Origin: an uncultured delta proteobacterium
Lineage (GTDB): Bacteria > Desulfobacterota > Binatia > UBA9968
Direction: 5' to 3'
DNA length: 64,000 nucleotides
NCBI GenBank assembly: GCA_963745035.1
Contig: CAVUVW010000014.1
Coordinates: 480,001 to 544,000 of the forward strand
Both the position numbers and the translations under genes were made by a program. Below, one piece after another: positions 55,692-64,000 of the stretch. Position 1 is the stretch's first letter; every line of letters begins with the position of its first letter. The notes under the pieces were generated by a model. The model did not search any database. It was not told where the DNA came from and saw only the letters and a program-made list of their open reading frames with translations.

Positions 55692-56144
55692 GTGGAATTG
55701 AAGTCGATATTCGCTGGATTGACGTCGAGGATCGATTCGTTTTTTACCATCAGCGGCCAGCGTGAGGGGCCAGGTAGGGCGAAGCCCGATTTCAATACGC
55801 AGCTAGCCGTCGAACGGACCTTCCTCGCGCACGAACGGACGCTGATGGCATGGATCAGGACGGCGACTTCTCTGATCTCTTTCGGTTTTACTATTTACAA
55901 ATTTTTCCAATTGGAAGCGAAAGGCCGCGTGCCTATTTCGCAGGTTATCGGACCCCGTTCCTTCGCTTCCATCATGATTCTTATGGGGCTGTTCGCGCTG
56001 GTAATCGCGACCATACAGCATCGCGCCAACGTTCGGCGCCAAAGAAGCTACGGAGTGCCGCAGCGAACGCTGGTGGGATGGGTGGCTGCCCTCATCTCAG
56101 CGTTGGGGATACTGGCGATGGTCAGCGTAATCCTGGAACTGTAA
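55692..56144 (+). CDS. DUF202/YidH membrane protein
   Basis: LAVERTFLAHERTLMAWIRTATSLISFGF. Confidence 0.88.
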   Translation: MELKSIFAGLTSRIDSFFTISGQREGPGRAKPDFNTQLAVERTFLAHERTLMAWIRTATSLISFGFTIYKFFQLEAKGRVPISQVIGPRSFASIMILMGLFALVIATIQHRANVRRQRSYGVPQRTLVGWVAALISALGILAMVSVILEL

Positions 56145-56234
56145 GCGGCCCCCGGCACAAGAGCTCCGGATATTTGCGAAACACGGCTCGGCGGCCGCCA
56201 TGCATTTTGACGGAGCCGCCGGTAAGCGGGTTTT

Positions 56235-57332
56235 ATGGGTGAAGACATCATTACTGCGCGAGACTATCGCTTTGTCACGCTCTGGGCCGTCGGCATAATC
56301 GTGTTTTTCGTGATCGCCGGGTATTTTGGGGTTCGGCAGTTACGCACGTACAAAATGCAGAGCATGGAGCGACGGCAGGCCTGGTTAGAGCAGGCTAGCG
56401 GCGCAGGCCGCGACCAAAAATCCGCTGCCATCACGCAAAAAGGCAATCCGGTCGAAGTGCGCGTTGGACTTTACGTCACGCACATCGGCGAGTTTTCCTT
56501 GAAGGAGGATAGTTGGGTTGCGCACTTCGACATCTGGTTCCGCTGGACCGGCAAGGCGGTGAGTCCGGGCGAGACGTTCTGGCTTGTCAACGGCGAGGTT
56601 CAGTCGCGTGAGAAACGAGAAGCCTATGTCGTCGGCGGCGAGCAGTACGAGCGCTACCATGTCAAAGCACGCATCAGCAATCATTTCGATCCCACCCGTT
56701 TTCCGTTCGCCGACGAGCCGCTCACCCTTGAAATCGAAGATACGATTCACTCCGCGGAGACCCTGCGCTTTGTCCCAGACACGCAAGACAGCGGAATCAG
56801 CCCGACGGCGATCCTGCGAGAGCTGAAAATCGCCCAGTCGCTTCTGACCGTCAGAGCCCAGGATTACGGATCGCGGGTTGGGGGCCGGCGTTCGGATTCC
56901 GCCTCACGCATTCATTCCCGGGTGGTTTTTGCCGCCCTGCTGAACCATCCGGGCGGTATGTTTCACCTCAAGATGTTCCAAGCGCTGTTCGTCGCTGCGG
57001 CGATTGCAATGCTGGCTTTCTTTATTAAACCCATCCATGTCGACCCGCGCTTCGGGCTGCCGGTCGGCGCCGCGTTCACCGCCGTTGCCAACATCATTGC
57101 GACCGGCGCGTTGCTGCCGCGAGCCGATGGTTTAGTGCTGGCCGACATGGTGAACTCGGTCGGCTTTGCGACGATCTTTCTCGCGCTGGTCCAATCCGCG
57201 ATCTCGCTGTACTTCTTCGATACGCTTGGCAAAGAAAAGTTGTCGCGGTTTTTCGATCACGTCTCCTTCCTGGTTTTCGTCGTGGGGTACGTTGTTGTCA
57301 ATATCGCGCTGCCTATGGCTGCGAGATCTTGA
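56235..57332 (+). CDS. Prokaryotic pentameric ligand-gated ion channel-like protein (Pro-loop)
   Basis: VEVRVGLYVTHI..FS...FDIWFRW; FDPTRFPF..LTLEIED; four C-terminal TM segments. Confidence 0.7.
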   Translation: MGEDIITARDYRFVTLWAVGIIVFFVIAGYFGVRQLRTYKMQSMERRQAWLEQASGAGRDQKSAAITQKGNPVEVRVGLYVTHIGEFSLKEDSWVAHFDIWFRWTGKAVSPGETFWLVNGEVQSREKREAYVVGGEQYERYHVKARISNHFDPTRFPFADEPLTLEIEDTIHSAETLRFVPDTQDSGISPTAILRELKIAQSLLTVRAQDYGSRVGGRRSDSASRIHSRVVFAALLNHPGGMFHLKMFQALFVAAAIAMLAFFIKPIHVDPRFGLPVGAAFTAVANIIATGALLPRADGLVLADMVNSVGFATIFLALVQSAISLYFFDTLGKEKLSRFFDHVSFLVFVVGYVVVNIALPMAARS

Positions 57333-57501
57333 GTTTGCAATGTTGGCGAAAGGGCGAACGTGAGCCGTACTAAGACTCGAAAGAGGGAATAAAGCAAAGG
57401 AGGTAGCATTCAGCAAAAACAGGAGGGCAGGTTGAAGGCGCTCTGCCCAGCGCCCCGGGCGCGGTAAGCAAAGGAAAAACGCAGTTATTAAGGAGGGAAA
57501 A

Positions 57502-59070
57502 ATGGCACAGCAAGAAAATAAAAAACCAAATATCCTGGTCATCTGGGGCGATGACATAGGCATCTCCAACCTGAGTTGTTATTCGCACGGCTTGATGGGT
57601 TACCAGACGCCCAATATCGATCGCCTTGCAAAGGAAGGCATGATGTTCACCGACTCCTACGGCGAGCAATCCTGCACCGCGGGCCGCTCGTCTTTCATCA
57701 CCGGGCAGAGCGTCTACCGCACCGGGCTGTCCAAGGTCGGGCTGCCCGGCGCGCCGATCGGCATGTCGGACAAGCTGGTGACGATCGCGGGGCTGCTGAA
57801 GGAGCAGGGCTACGCCACCGGCCAGTTCGGCAAGAACCACCTCGGCGACTTGAACCACATGCTGCCGACCAACCACGGCTTCGACGAGTTCTTCGGCAAT
57901 CTGTACCACCTCAACGCCGAGGAGGAGCCGGAGATGGAGGACTACCCCCGGAGAAGGACTTTCCAAACTTCCGCAAGAATTTCGGGCCGCGCGGCGTGAT
58001 CCATTCCTGGGCCACCGATAAGGACGACCAGACCGTGATGCCGCGTTGGGGCAAGGTCGGCAAGCAGAAGATCGAGGACACCGGCCCGCTCAATCGCAAG
58101 CGCATGGAGACCTGCGACGACGAGTTCGTCGCAGCCGCCAAGGATTTCATCAAGCAGCAGGAGAAGGCCGGCAAGCCCTGGTTCGTGTGGCTCAACACCA
58201 CGCACATGCACGCCTACACGCACACCAAGAAGACGAGCCGCGGCCAGGCAGGTCGCTGGCAATCGGCCTACCACGACACGATGATCGACCACGACAAGAA
58301 CGTGGGCCAGATGCTCGACTTCCTCGACGAGATGGGGCTGGCTGACGACACTTTCGTCCAGTACTCGCACCGACAACGGGCCGCACCGCAACACCTGGCC
58401 CGACGCCGGCACCACGCCGTTCCGCAGCGAGAAGAACACCAACTGGGAAGGCGCGTTCCGCGTCCCGCTGATCGTGCGCTGGCCGCGGCAGGATCGAGGC
58501 CGGCTCGATCAGCAACGAGATCGTCCAGCACCACGACTGGCTGCCGACTTTCCTCGCCGATGGCCGGTGCACCGGACGTGGTCGACAAGTTGAAGAAGGG
58601 CTACAAGGCGATCGGCCGCACCTACAAGAACCACATCGACGGCTACAACTTGCTGCCGTACCTGACCGGCAAGGAGAAGAAGAGCCCGCGCCAGCTGTTC
58701 TTCTACTTCAGCGACGACGGCGACGTGCTGGGGATCGCATGGACAACTGGAAGATCACTGTTCATGGAGCAGCGAACTGCCGGCGGGCTGGACGTCTGGA
58801 AGGATCCGTTCATGCGGCTGCGCGCCCCCAACATCTACAACCTGCGCACCGATCCCTACGAGTTCGGCAAGATCACGTCGAACACCTACAACGACTGGAT
58901 GTTCCAGCACGCCTACCTGATCTACGCGGTGCAGGCCGTCGCGGCGAAGTTCGCCGCGACGTTCAAGGAGTTTCCGGCGGTGCAGAAGCCGAACACGCTT
59001 CACCATCGACGACGCGATGGCCAAGATGTCCGAGGCAGCGGGCGGGGCGGGCCACTGAGGAAATTGACCG
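57502..59070 (+). CDS. Arylsulfatase (Cys-type), several frameshifts (end approximate)
   Basis: [34 protein letters not shown] across frames. Confidence 0.85.
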
Positions 59071-59287
59071 ACTTATCGAAACGGAGGAGAGATACTATGC
59101 AACCGAAATTACTTTCACAGGAAATACCCGTTTGTTCCTGAGTTACTGCCGCCACGCCCCCGATTCCTTGACGTTGTAAGGAAAATTGGATACCAAAAGT
59201 AGGGTTACCCTGATTTTCATGATTTGCGAAATTAAGTAAAAACTTCTGCTGTGCTGACGGGACCATGTATTCGGAAGGACGAACGTT

Positions 59288-60013
59288 ATGAACAAAAACA
59301 GACTGTGGATTTCGCTTCTTATCCTTGCTTTCTTTCTGAGTAGCTGCGCAGCAAGTTGGACGAGGCGCCAAACCGTTGCGGCTACTGCCGCCGGGGTTTG
59401 CGGTTTCATAGGCGCGGGTATAGCGGGAGGCGTAAACCACAATAACTGGGGCCACGAGCTCAGTGAGGGGCAAGCGATTCCCGCTGGTGCAATCACAGGC
59501 GCTTTGCTTTGCGGCGGACTAGCGTATCTACTGACGCCGGACCCGCCACCGCCCCCCCCGCCCCCACCACCGGAACCGAAGGCAAAGCCGGCTCCCCCGC
59601 CACCACCACCGGAACCGAAGGCAAAGCCGGCTCCCCCGCCACCACCGCCCGCACCGCCACCGGCGCCGAAGGTTGAACGGACGATCATCCTGGATGACGT
59701 GTTGTTCGATTTTGACAAGAGCACGCTCAAGCCCGAAACGACGCAGATTCTCGATCGGCTGATCGTGTTCATGACCGAGAACAAAGACAAGCGCGCAAAC
59801 CTTGCTGGTCACACCGACAGTGTCGGTAATGAAGCCTACAACCAGCGGCTGTCTGAACGGCGCGTGAATTCGGTGAGAGATTATGTTGTGCGCAAGGGCA
59901 TTGATAGCGGCCGAGTTTCTGGACAAGGTCTTGGTGAAAGTAAACCGATCGCTGAAAACAAGACTGTAGAAGGTCGAGCCAAGAATCGCAGGGTCGAAAT
60001 CAAAGTTAATTAG
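59288..60013 (+). CDS. OmpA-family lipoprotein with glycine zipper and Pro-rich linker
   Basis: Lipobox LSSC; FDFDKS, GHTDSVG, NQRLSERR, NRRVEI. Confidence 0.9.
   Translation: MNKNRLWISLLILAFFLSSCAASWTRRQTVAATAAGVCGFIGAGIAGGVNHNNWGHELSEGQAIPAGAITGALLCGGLAYLLTPDPPPPPPPPPPEPKAKPAPPPPPPEPKAKPAPPPPPPAPPPAPKVERTIILDDVLFDFDKSTLKPETTQILDRLIVFMTENKDKRANLAGHTDSVGNEAYNQRLSERRVNSVRDYVVRKGIDSGRVSGQGLGESKPIAENKTVEGRAKNRRVEIKVN
59564..59646 (+). repeat. 39-bp tandem duplication in OmpA linker (PPPEPKAKPAPPP x2)
   Basis: ccaccaccggaaccgaaggcaaagccggctcccccgcca repeated exactly. Confidence 0.85.
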
Positions 60014-60433
60014 ACTCCCTAAGCAATTCCTGCTTCGAGCGTCGGGGCTGAGCGATCGCTTCAGCGATTGCCCCTCGGCGCTCGTTCGGTTGATCGTAAG
60101 CTTTCGCTAGCATCAGCCACGTAATGAGCTAAGGCTCGACGCATGTGCCGTGTTTGCGCACATCTCCAGTGCGCCGCACTACGCTGGCTTTAAGATTCCG
60201 CTAGTAATTGCCGCGACTCAATGTTCCGATCCATTCCACGCTGCTCTGAATCGAACCGAGCTCCGAATCGTCCTACGGCGATACGGCTTTTCGCCACAGG
60301 GAAGAACGGGTATATCCCGCTCGGGTTTTTTCCATTTTTATTTTTGTAAGGTGCTTGGACTGCCTTCGGCTTCAAGCGAAGCAAGGCGCACAGCGGAATC
60401 GAAGTGAAGACTCAAACCCATTGGTAGTTTAAA

Positions 60434-60858
60434 ATGCGACCGATATAATCTCGTTGCCACTCTTTTTGTTCTCTGCAGTTTAAGCGTTGGCCTCGCGGTA
60501 GGCGCCGATCAGCCGACCAACGACACCTTGCCCAACTGGAATGAGGGTGCTGCGAAACAGCCATTGTTGCGTTCATTGGCAAAATAACGAAGCGGGGCTT
60601 GTCTGATTCGGCCGCCGGCCGATCGCCGCGTTCGGCAATTCCGACGGCGATCAGCAGATGCTGCAATACACCGCCGCCTGCAACGGCGCGCGATTCATGA
60701 TGATCGTGCACCATACCGACGCCGAGCGCGAATGGGCCTACGACCGCAAATCTCACATCGGCCGGCTCGATAAGGCGCTGGATGAGGCGAACGCGAAGGG
60801 CTGGACGGTGGTGGATATGAAAAGAGATTGGCGGCGTGTATTCCCGTTCGAGAAGTGA
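60434..60858 (+). pseudogene. HAD-family hydrolase, internally deleted remnant
   Basis: N-part LPNWNEGAAK joined at ~60608 to GRRPIAAFGNSDGDQQML...HHTDAEREWAYD...GWTVVDMKRDW. Confidence 0.8.
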
Positions 60859-60945
60859 AGGGCAGAGTCGGAAAAGAAAACAGAAGGTGGAAACGCTGGT
60901 CCGGGACGGAAAATGCCGGCGGCGGAAAATCGTTGACGTGTTGGT

Positions 60946-61383
60946 CTAAGTTTGAAGGGGATCGATAACCTGGAGAAACGGAAAGCGGTGAAAATCGGCA
61001 TCGCGAGTGCAAATCTGCCGGATTCCGTGCTCACGCATGAGGATGGCAGTATGCGCATCGTGGAGGAGATTGCCTGAGAGGTGAGGGATTTCTCTGATAA
61101 CCTGCTCCGCAACCATTGGGTGTTGTTGGGTCGGTACCAGAATGTCGAGGCCTGGCGAAGCAAGCAGCGCCTGGACGAAGTTCCACGCCTCAGTCACATT
61201 CCATGGTCGCCGCATTACCCGTGGGTGCGTTGTCACGCGGAGGAACTCATAAAGGATCGACCAGGTCGAATACCACGCGTCCGCGCGCCCTCGCTGGCGT
61301 TCCAACCAGCCGCGGCAGCCGGCGTGAAATGGCGAATCACCGTCAGCGGCGTACACGAGGATGTTCGTATCGACAACGAGCAC
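60946..61383 (-). CDS. vapC: VapC-type PIN domain toxin
   Basis: VDTNILVYA, YEFLRV, DAH, TRDADF. Confidence 0.88.
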   Translation of the reverse strand: MLVVDTNILVYAADGDSPFHAGCRGWLERQRGRADAWYSTWSILYEFLRVTTHPRVMRRPWNVTEAWNFVQALLASPGLDILVPTQQHPMVAEQVIREIPHLSGNLLHDAHTAILMREHGIRQICTRDADFHRFPFLQVIDPLQT

Positions 61384-61610
61384 TACCGCCCTTCCATGGC
61401 CTGGTAGAGAGCATCCCGATCCGTGACATCCACTAGCGTGCCCCCGCTGCGAAACGTCGGCAGGGGAGGAACATCATGCGATTTCTTCTGGGATCGGAAC
61501 AGACCGCGCAGAGCGGTCTCGACAAGCTCTGACATCGTGCGTTTCTGGCGCGCCGCCTCCCGCTTGAGTTGGGCCATGACCGTGTCATCGATATTGAGCG
61601 TCGTCTTCAT
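61383..61610 (-). CDS. vapB: VapB-type RHH antitoxin
   Basis: MKTTLNIDDTVMAQLKREAA...SELVETALR; overlaps toxin start. Confidence 0.85.
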   Translation of the reverse strand: MKTTLNIDDTVMAQLKREAARQKRTMSELVETALRGLFRSQKKSHDVPPLPTFRSGGTLVDVTDRDALYQAMEGR

Positions 61611-61646
61611 ATGGAAAACCATATCAACTGTACAGCGATATTGCAA
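61609..61646 (-). promoter_or_regulatory. vapBC promoter with overlapping operator
   Basis: TTGCAA-17-TATGGT-7-ATG; palindrome ATATGG-N4-CCATAT at 61609-61624. Confidence 0.65.
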
Positions 61647-61944
61647 GTTGTACGTTCGATGAGCCTGTCCGCAATGAGGCAAGGCACGATGAAATTTGAA
61701 AGCCTACTCCCGCTCTTCCAGGGACTCAGGCTTTTCGAGCTACAAAATCAAGGAGTGCATCCTAGTCAATTCTATTGTTCCTAAGTTAAATGGCCTCGGG
61801 GTTTAGGCAAGATTTTCAAGAAACTCTGCCGCTTAATTATGCTATTATGCCCGGAGCAGCACGTTCGGGCTCGTAACTCTTTTGAAGGTTTAGCGCCATT
61901 GCGCGTACTGACTAGTCAGTCGGAGCTGAAGAATCGAACAGTCC

Positions 61945-62202
61945 CACGAGGCGAATCGGTCGCTCTTTGCCTTCGGCCTACAACGCCGGTCCGGGGCGCA
62001 TCGCGAGCATGCGTAAGGAGGCGGCCAAGCGCGGACTAGACCCGGACAAGTGGTTTAACAACGTTGAGATCGTTACGGCAGAAGGTCGGTATCGAACCGA
62101 CCACGACGTGCGCAACATCTATAAATACTACGTGGCAAGCCGATGCTCGATCTCGAAGAAACCCAGAAAGAGGCGCGCGAGGCGGTCAAGCAGGGGGGCT
62201 GA
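61945..62202 (+). pseudogene. Remnant of MltF-like C-terminus (paralogue of 52025-52291)
   Basis: AYNAGPGRIASMRKEAAKRGLDPDKWFNNVEIVTAE, nearly identical at the protein level, with indels. Confidence 0.85.
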
Positions 62203-62307
62203 GGATTTCGGACTTGCCGAAAAGCAGACGGCAAGGCTTGGACAATTCAAGCGCGGAAACACTGGAACAGCTGTTATTTTGGAATTCCGAGAGGGTATAG
62301 TAGACAG

Positions 62308-63414
62308 ATGAAACCGATGATCTCGCTGGCGGCGACCACCGGTCTGATAGAAGCCATTAGCGCGGCCGGTGGAGATCCGGATCGAGTTTTAGCCGCCGTC
62401 GGTTTGAAGCGCTCGAGCCTCGACAAAGCCGACGGATTCATCCCTTGCGCTACTTTTGCACGGCTGTTGGAAGAAGCAGCCAAGGCCACTGGCGATCATT
62501 GTTTTGGATTGCATTTCGGCGAGCGGTTCAATCCTAAAGATATCGGCCCGCTGGCTTACGTGGCGTTGAATTCACCGACCATCGCCGTGGCTGATGAACA
62601 AATAGCGCGTTACTTAAAACTCTACAATCAAGCGGCGCAAGTGTCCGCGGCCGTCGAGGGAACGGGTGCTTACCTCCACTTCAAACTTACCGATCTGGAT
62701 ATACCGCACTCGCGCCAGGAGAATGAGTACAGCATGGTCCTCAGGCTGAATGCCGTTCGAATGATGGTGGGCAGCCAATGGGCGCCTCGCGAGGTTCGAT
62801 TCGTCCACGATAAACCGGAAAATATTTTAGAGCACGAGAGGGTTTTTTGTGCGCCCGTGCTGTTCCGCTTTCCCACGAATAATTTTCTGATTGATGCGGA
62901 CTTCCTGAACTCCCGCGTGCCGGCGGCTGATCCAGGACTCTACCGAATCATGAAACGTTACCTCGAGGATATTTTGGAGACGATGCCAGAGGAAGACGGC
63001 GTACTTATGAAGTTTCGCACCGCCATTGCCGAGGGTTTAAGGGAGGGAGAGCCGAGCCTTGCGCGCATTGCCAAGCGACTGGGCGTGGGGCCGCGCACGT
63101 TACAGCGACAACTTCGTGCGCACGAAATCAGATTTAAAAAGCTGGCCGACGACACACGCCGGCATTTTGCCTTGAATTATCTAAAAGACCCTAACAACAC
63201 GCTCACGCAAATCGCTTTTCTTCTGGGGTATTCCGAAGCAAGCGCGTTTAATCGTGCGTTCAAGCGCTGGACCGGCCTGACGCCGCAGATTTATCGTTCG
63301 CAAGCGACGGGCGAGCGCGGCGCGGACGATTCTACCGATCGTCAATTAAAACCACATTCTCCCAGGCGCAGCCGATTTGGACTGGGCCCGCTGCAAAGCT
63401 TGTTCTCACCGTAA
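62308..63414 (+). CDS. AraC-family transcriptional regulator (N-terminal Arabinose_bd_2-type domain)
   Basis: FGLHFGE, GPLAYV; HTH IAKRLGVGPRTLQRQL, IAFLLGYSEASAFNRAFKRWTGLTP. Confidence 0.9.
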   Translation: MKPMISLAATTGLIEAISAAGGDPDRVLAAVGLKRSSLDKADGFIPCATFARLLEEAAKATGDHCFGLHFGERFNPKDIGPLAYVALNSPTIAVADEQIARYLKLYNQAAQVSAAVEGTGAYLHFKLTDLDIPHSRQENEYSMVLRLNAVRMMVGSQWAPREVRFVHDKPENILEHERVFCAPVLFRFPTNNFLIDADFLNSRVPAADPGLYRIMKRYLEDILETMPEEDGVLMKFRTAIAEGLREGEPSLARIAKRLGVGPRTLQRQLRAHEIRFKKLADDTRRHFALNYLKDPNNTLTQIAFLLGYSEASAFNRAFKRWTGLTPQIYRSQATGERGADDSTDRQLKPHSPRRSRFGLGPLQSLFSP

Positions 63415-63540
63415 AACCCACTGCTGGATCATTTGGGGTGTCTGTCGGCCCGGTGTCCATCCTCCAACAGCTGGCCCGACGGCGGCAACCAGCGCCCCGG
63501 CACGGCCGGCAGCGACGGTGAGGACTGCCCTCTCCCAAAG

Positions 63541-63556
63541 TTGGACCAAAGTCCAA
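63541..63556. promoter_or_regulatory. Palindromic regulator site (copy 4)
   Basis: ttggaccaaagtccaa, 23 nt before TAAAAG; following ~28 nt resemble those of copy 3. Confidence 0.75.
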
Positions 63557-63930
63557 TATAAAGCGTGTGGACTCTTTGATAAAAGCTCCTAGTCAGAGCG
63601 TGCAATAAAGTCGTCAAGATGGCGGTAACACTCGGTGTTTCAAGCGGTAAAATCTGATCACCGTGTCAGAGGATTTTCGTTTATGGATGCCGCAGCCGCT
63701 TCTCCAACAACCTAATCAAACGGTGGTCAAAAGTTGAATGCAGCGCGCCAGTCGGACGACGTTTAGGAAATTGCCGCCGGTAGAAGCCGCACAGCTTCAC
63801 TATCGATGAAGCGCTGCGCATGTTGACCGAAGCGGGGGGCGGCGGAAAATCATGATGAAGCGAGGATGTTCGGACGATAGATCGACGCGACAGCAGTCGT
63901 AAAGGAGTCAACTTCGATAAGGAGGTCATT

Positions 63931-64000
63931 ATGACGACGAAAAGCGATTTCACGACCGAGGAATGGAATCAAATCCGGCGCGCGCCTTTCATGGCCTGTC
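63931..64000 (+). CDS. Hypothetical protein, 5' part only
   Basis: AGGAGG SD; MTTKSDFTTEEWNQIRRAPFMAC... Confidence 0.6.
   Translation, partial: MTTKSDFTTEEWNQIRRAPFMAC

Noticed and set aside
59540-59670. C-rich tract as phase-variable or G-quadruplex element
   Set aside because: Explained by the polyproline linker of OmpA; reading frame intact.
30409-63556. Palindrome copies as CRISPR repeats or attC sites
   Set aside because: Only 16 bp, spaced 9-15 kb apart, no cas or integron integrase; fixed distance to -10 boxes fits an operator.

Overview
GC-rich bacterial window. The gene mix (many NMT1/SsuA-type binding proteins, amidohydrolase, TRAP, double-length UvrA) suggests Ca. Binatota/'Deltaproteobacteria', which is inference only. 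The left half (1-30194) looks like core genome: TRAP SBP, glcD-glcF-glcE, LysM lytic transglycosylase, ABC SBPs, a heme-oxygenase-like diiron enzyme, garR, a four-helix-bundle gene inside inverted octamer repeats, a DGQHR protein, nitroreductase, class A PBP, queE, a 1907-aa tandem UvrA and DUF983. Several families of palindromic intergenic repeats are scattered through it. The right half (30195-64000) is an accessory island that starts exactly at the DUF983 stop; the last 33 bp of that gene are duplicated at 35048-35080. The island encodes an Mla/Pqi-type transporter, two PAS kinases with closely similar cores, a FixJ-type and a CheY-like regulator, DUF3300/DUF2950, a B12 radical SAM, patatin, MltF-like, FGE plus arylsulfatases, BASS, DUF1622, DUF202, a prokaryotic pentameric ligand-gated channel, OmpA, VapBC and AraC, along with many decayed paralogue remnants. 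The strongest unexplained signal is a palindrome, TTGGAC-N4-GTCCAA, found four times in the island, each exactly 23 nt upstream of a TA-starting -10-like hexamer. This points to an undescribed two-component regulon. Several genes carry clustered single-base frameshifts that may be sequencing errors. No rRNA, tRNA, CRISPR, integrase or transposase was recognised.
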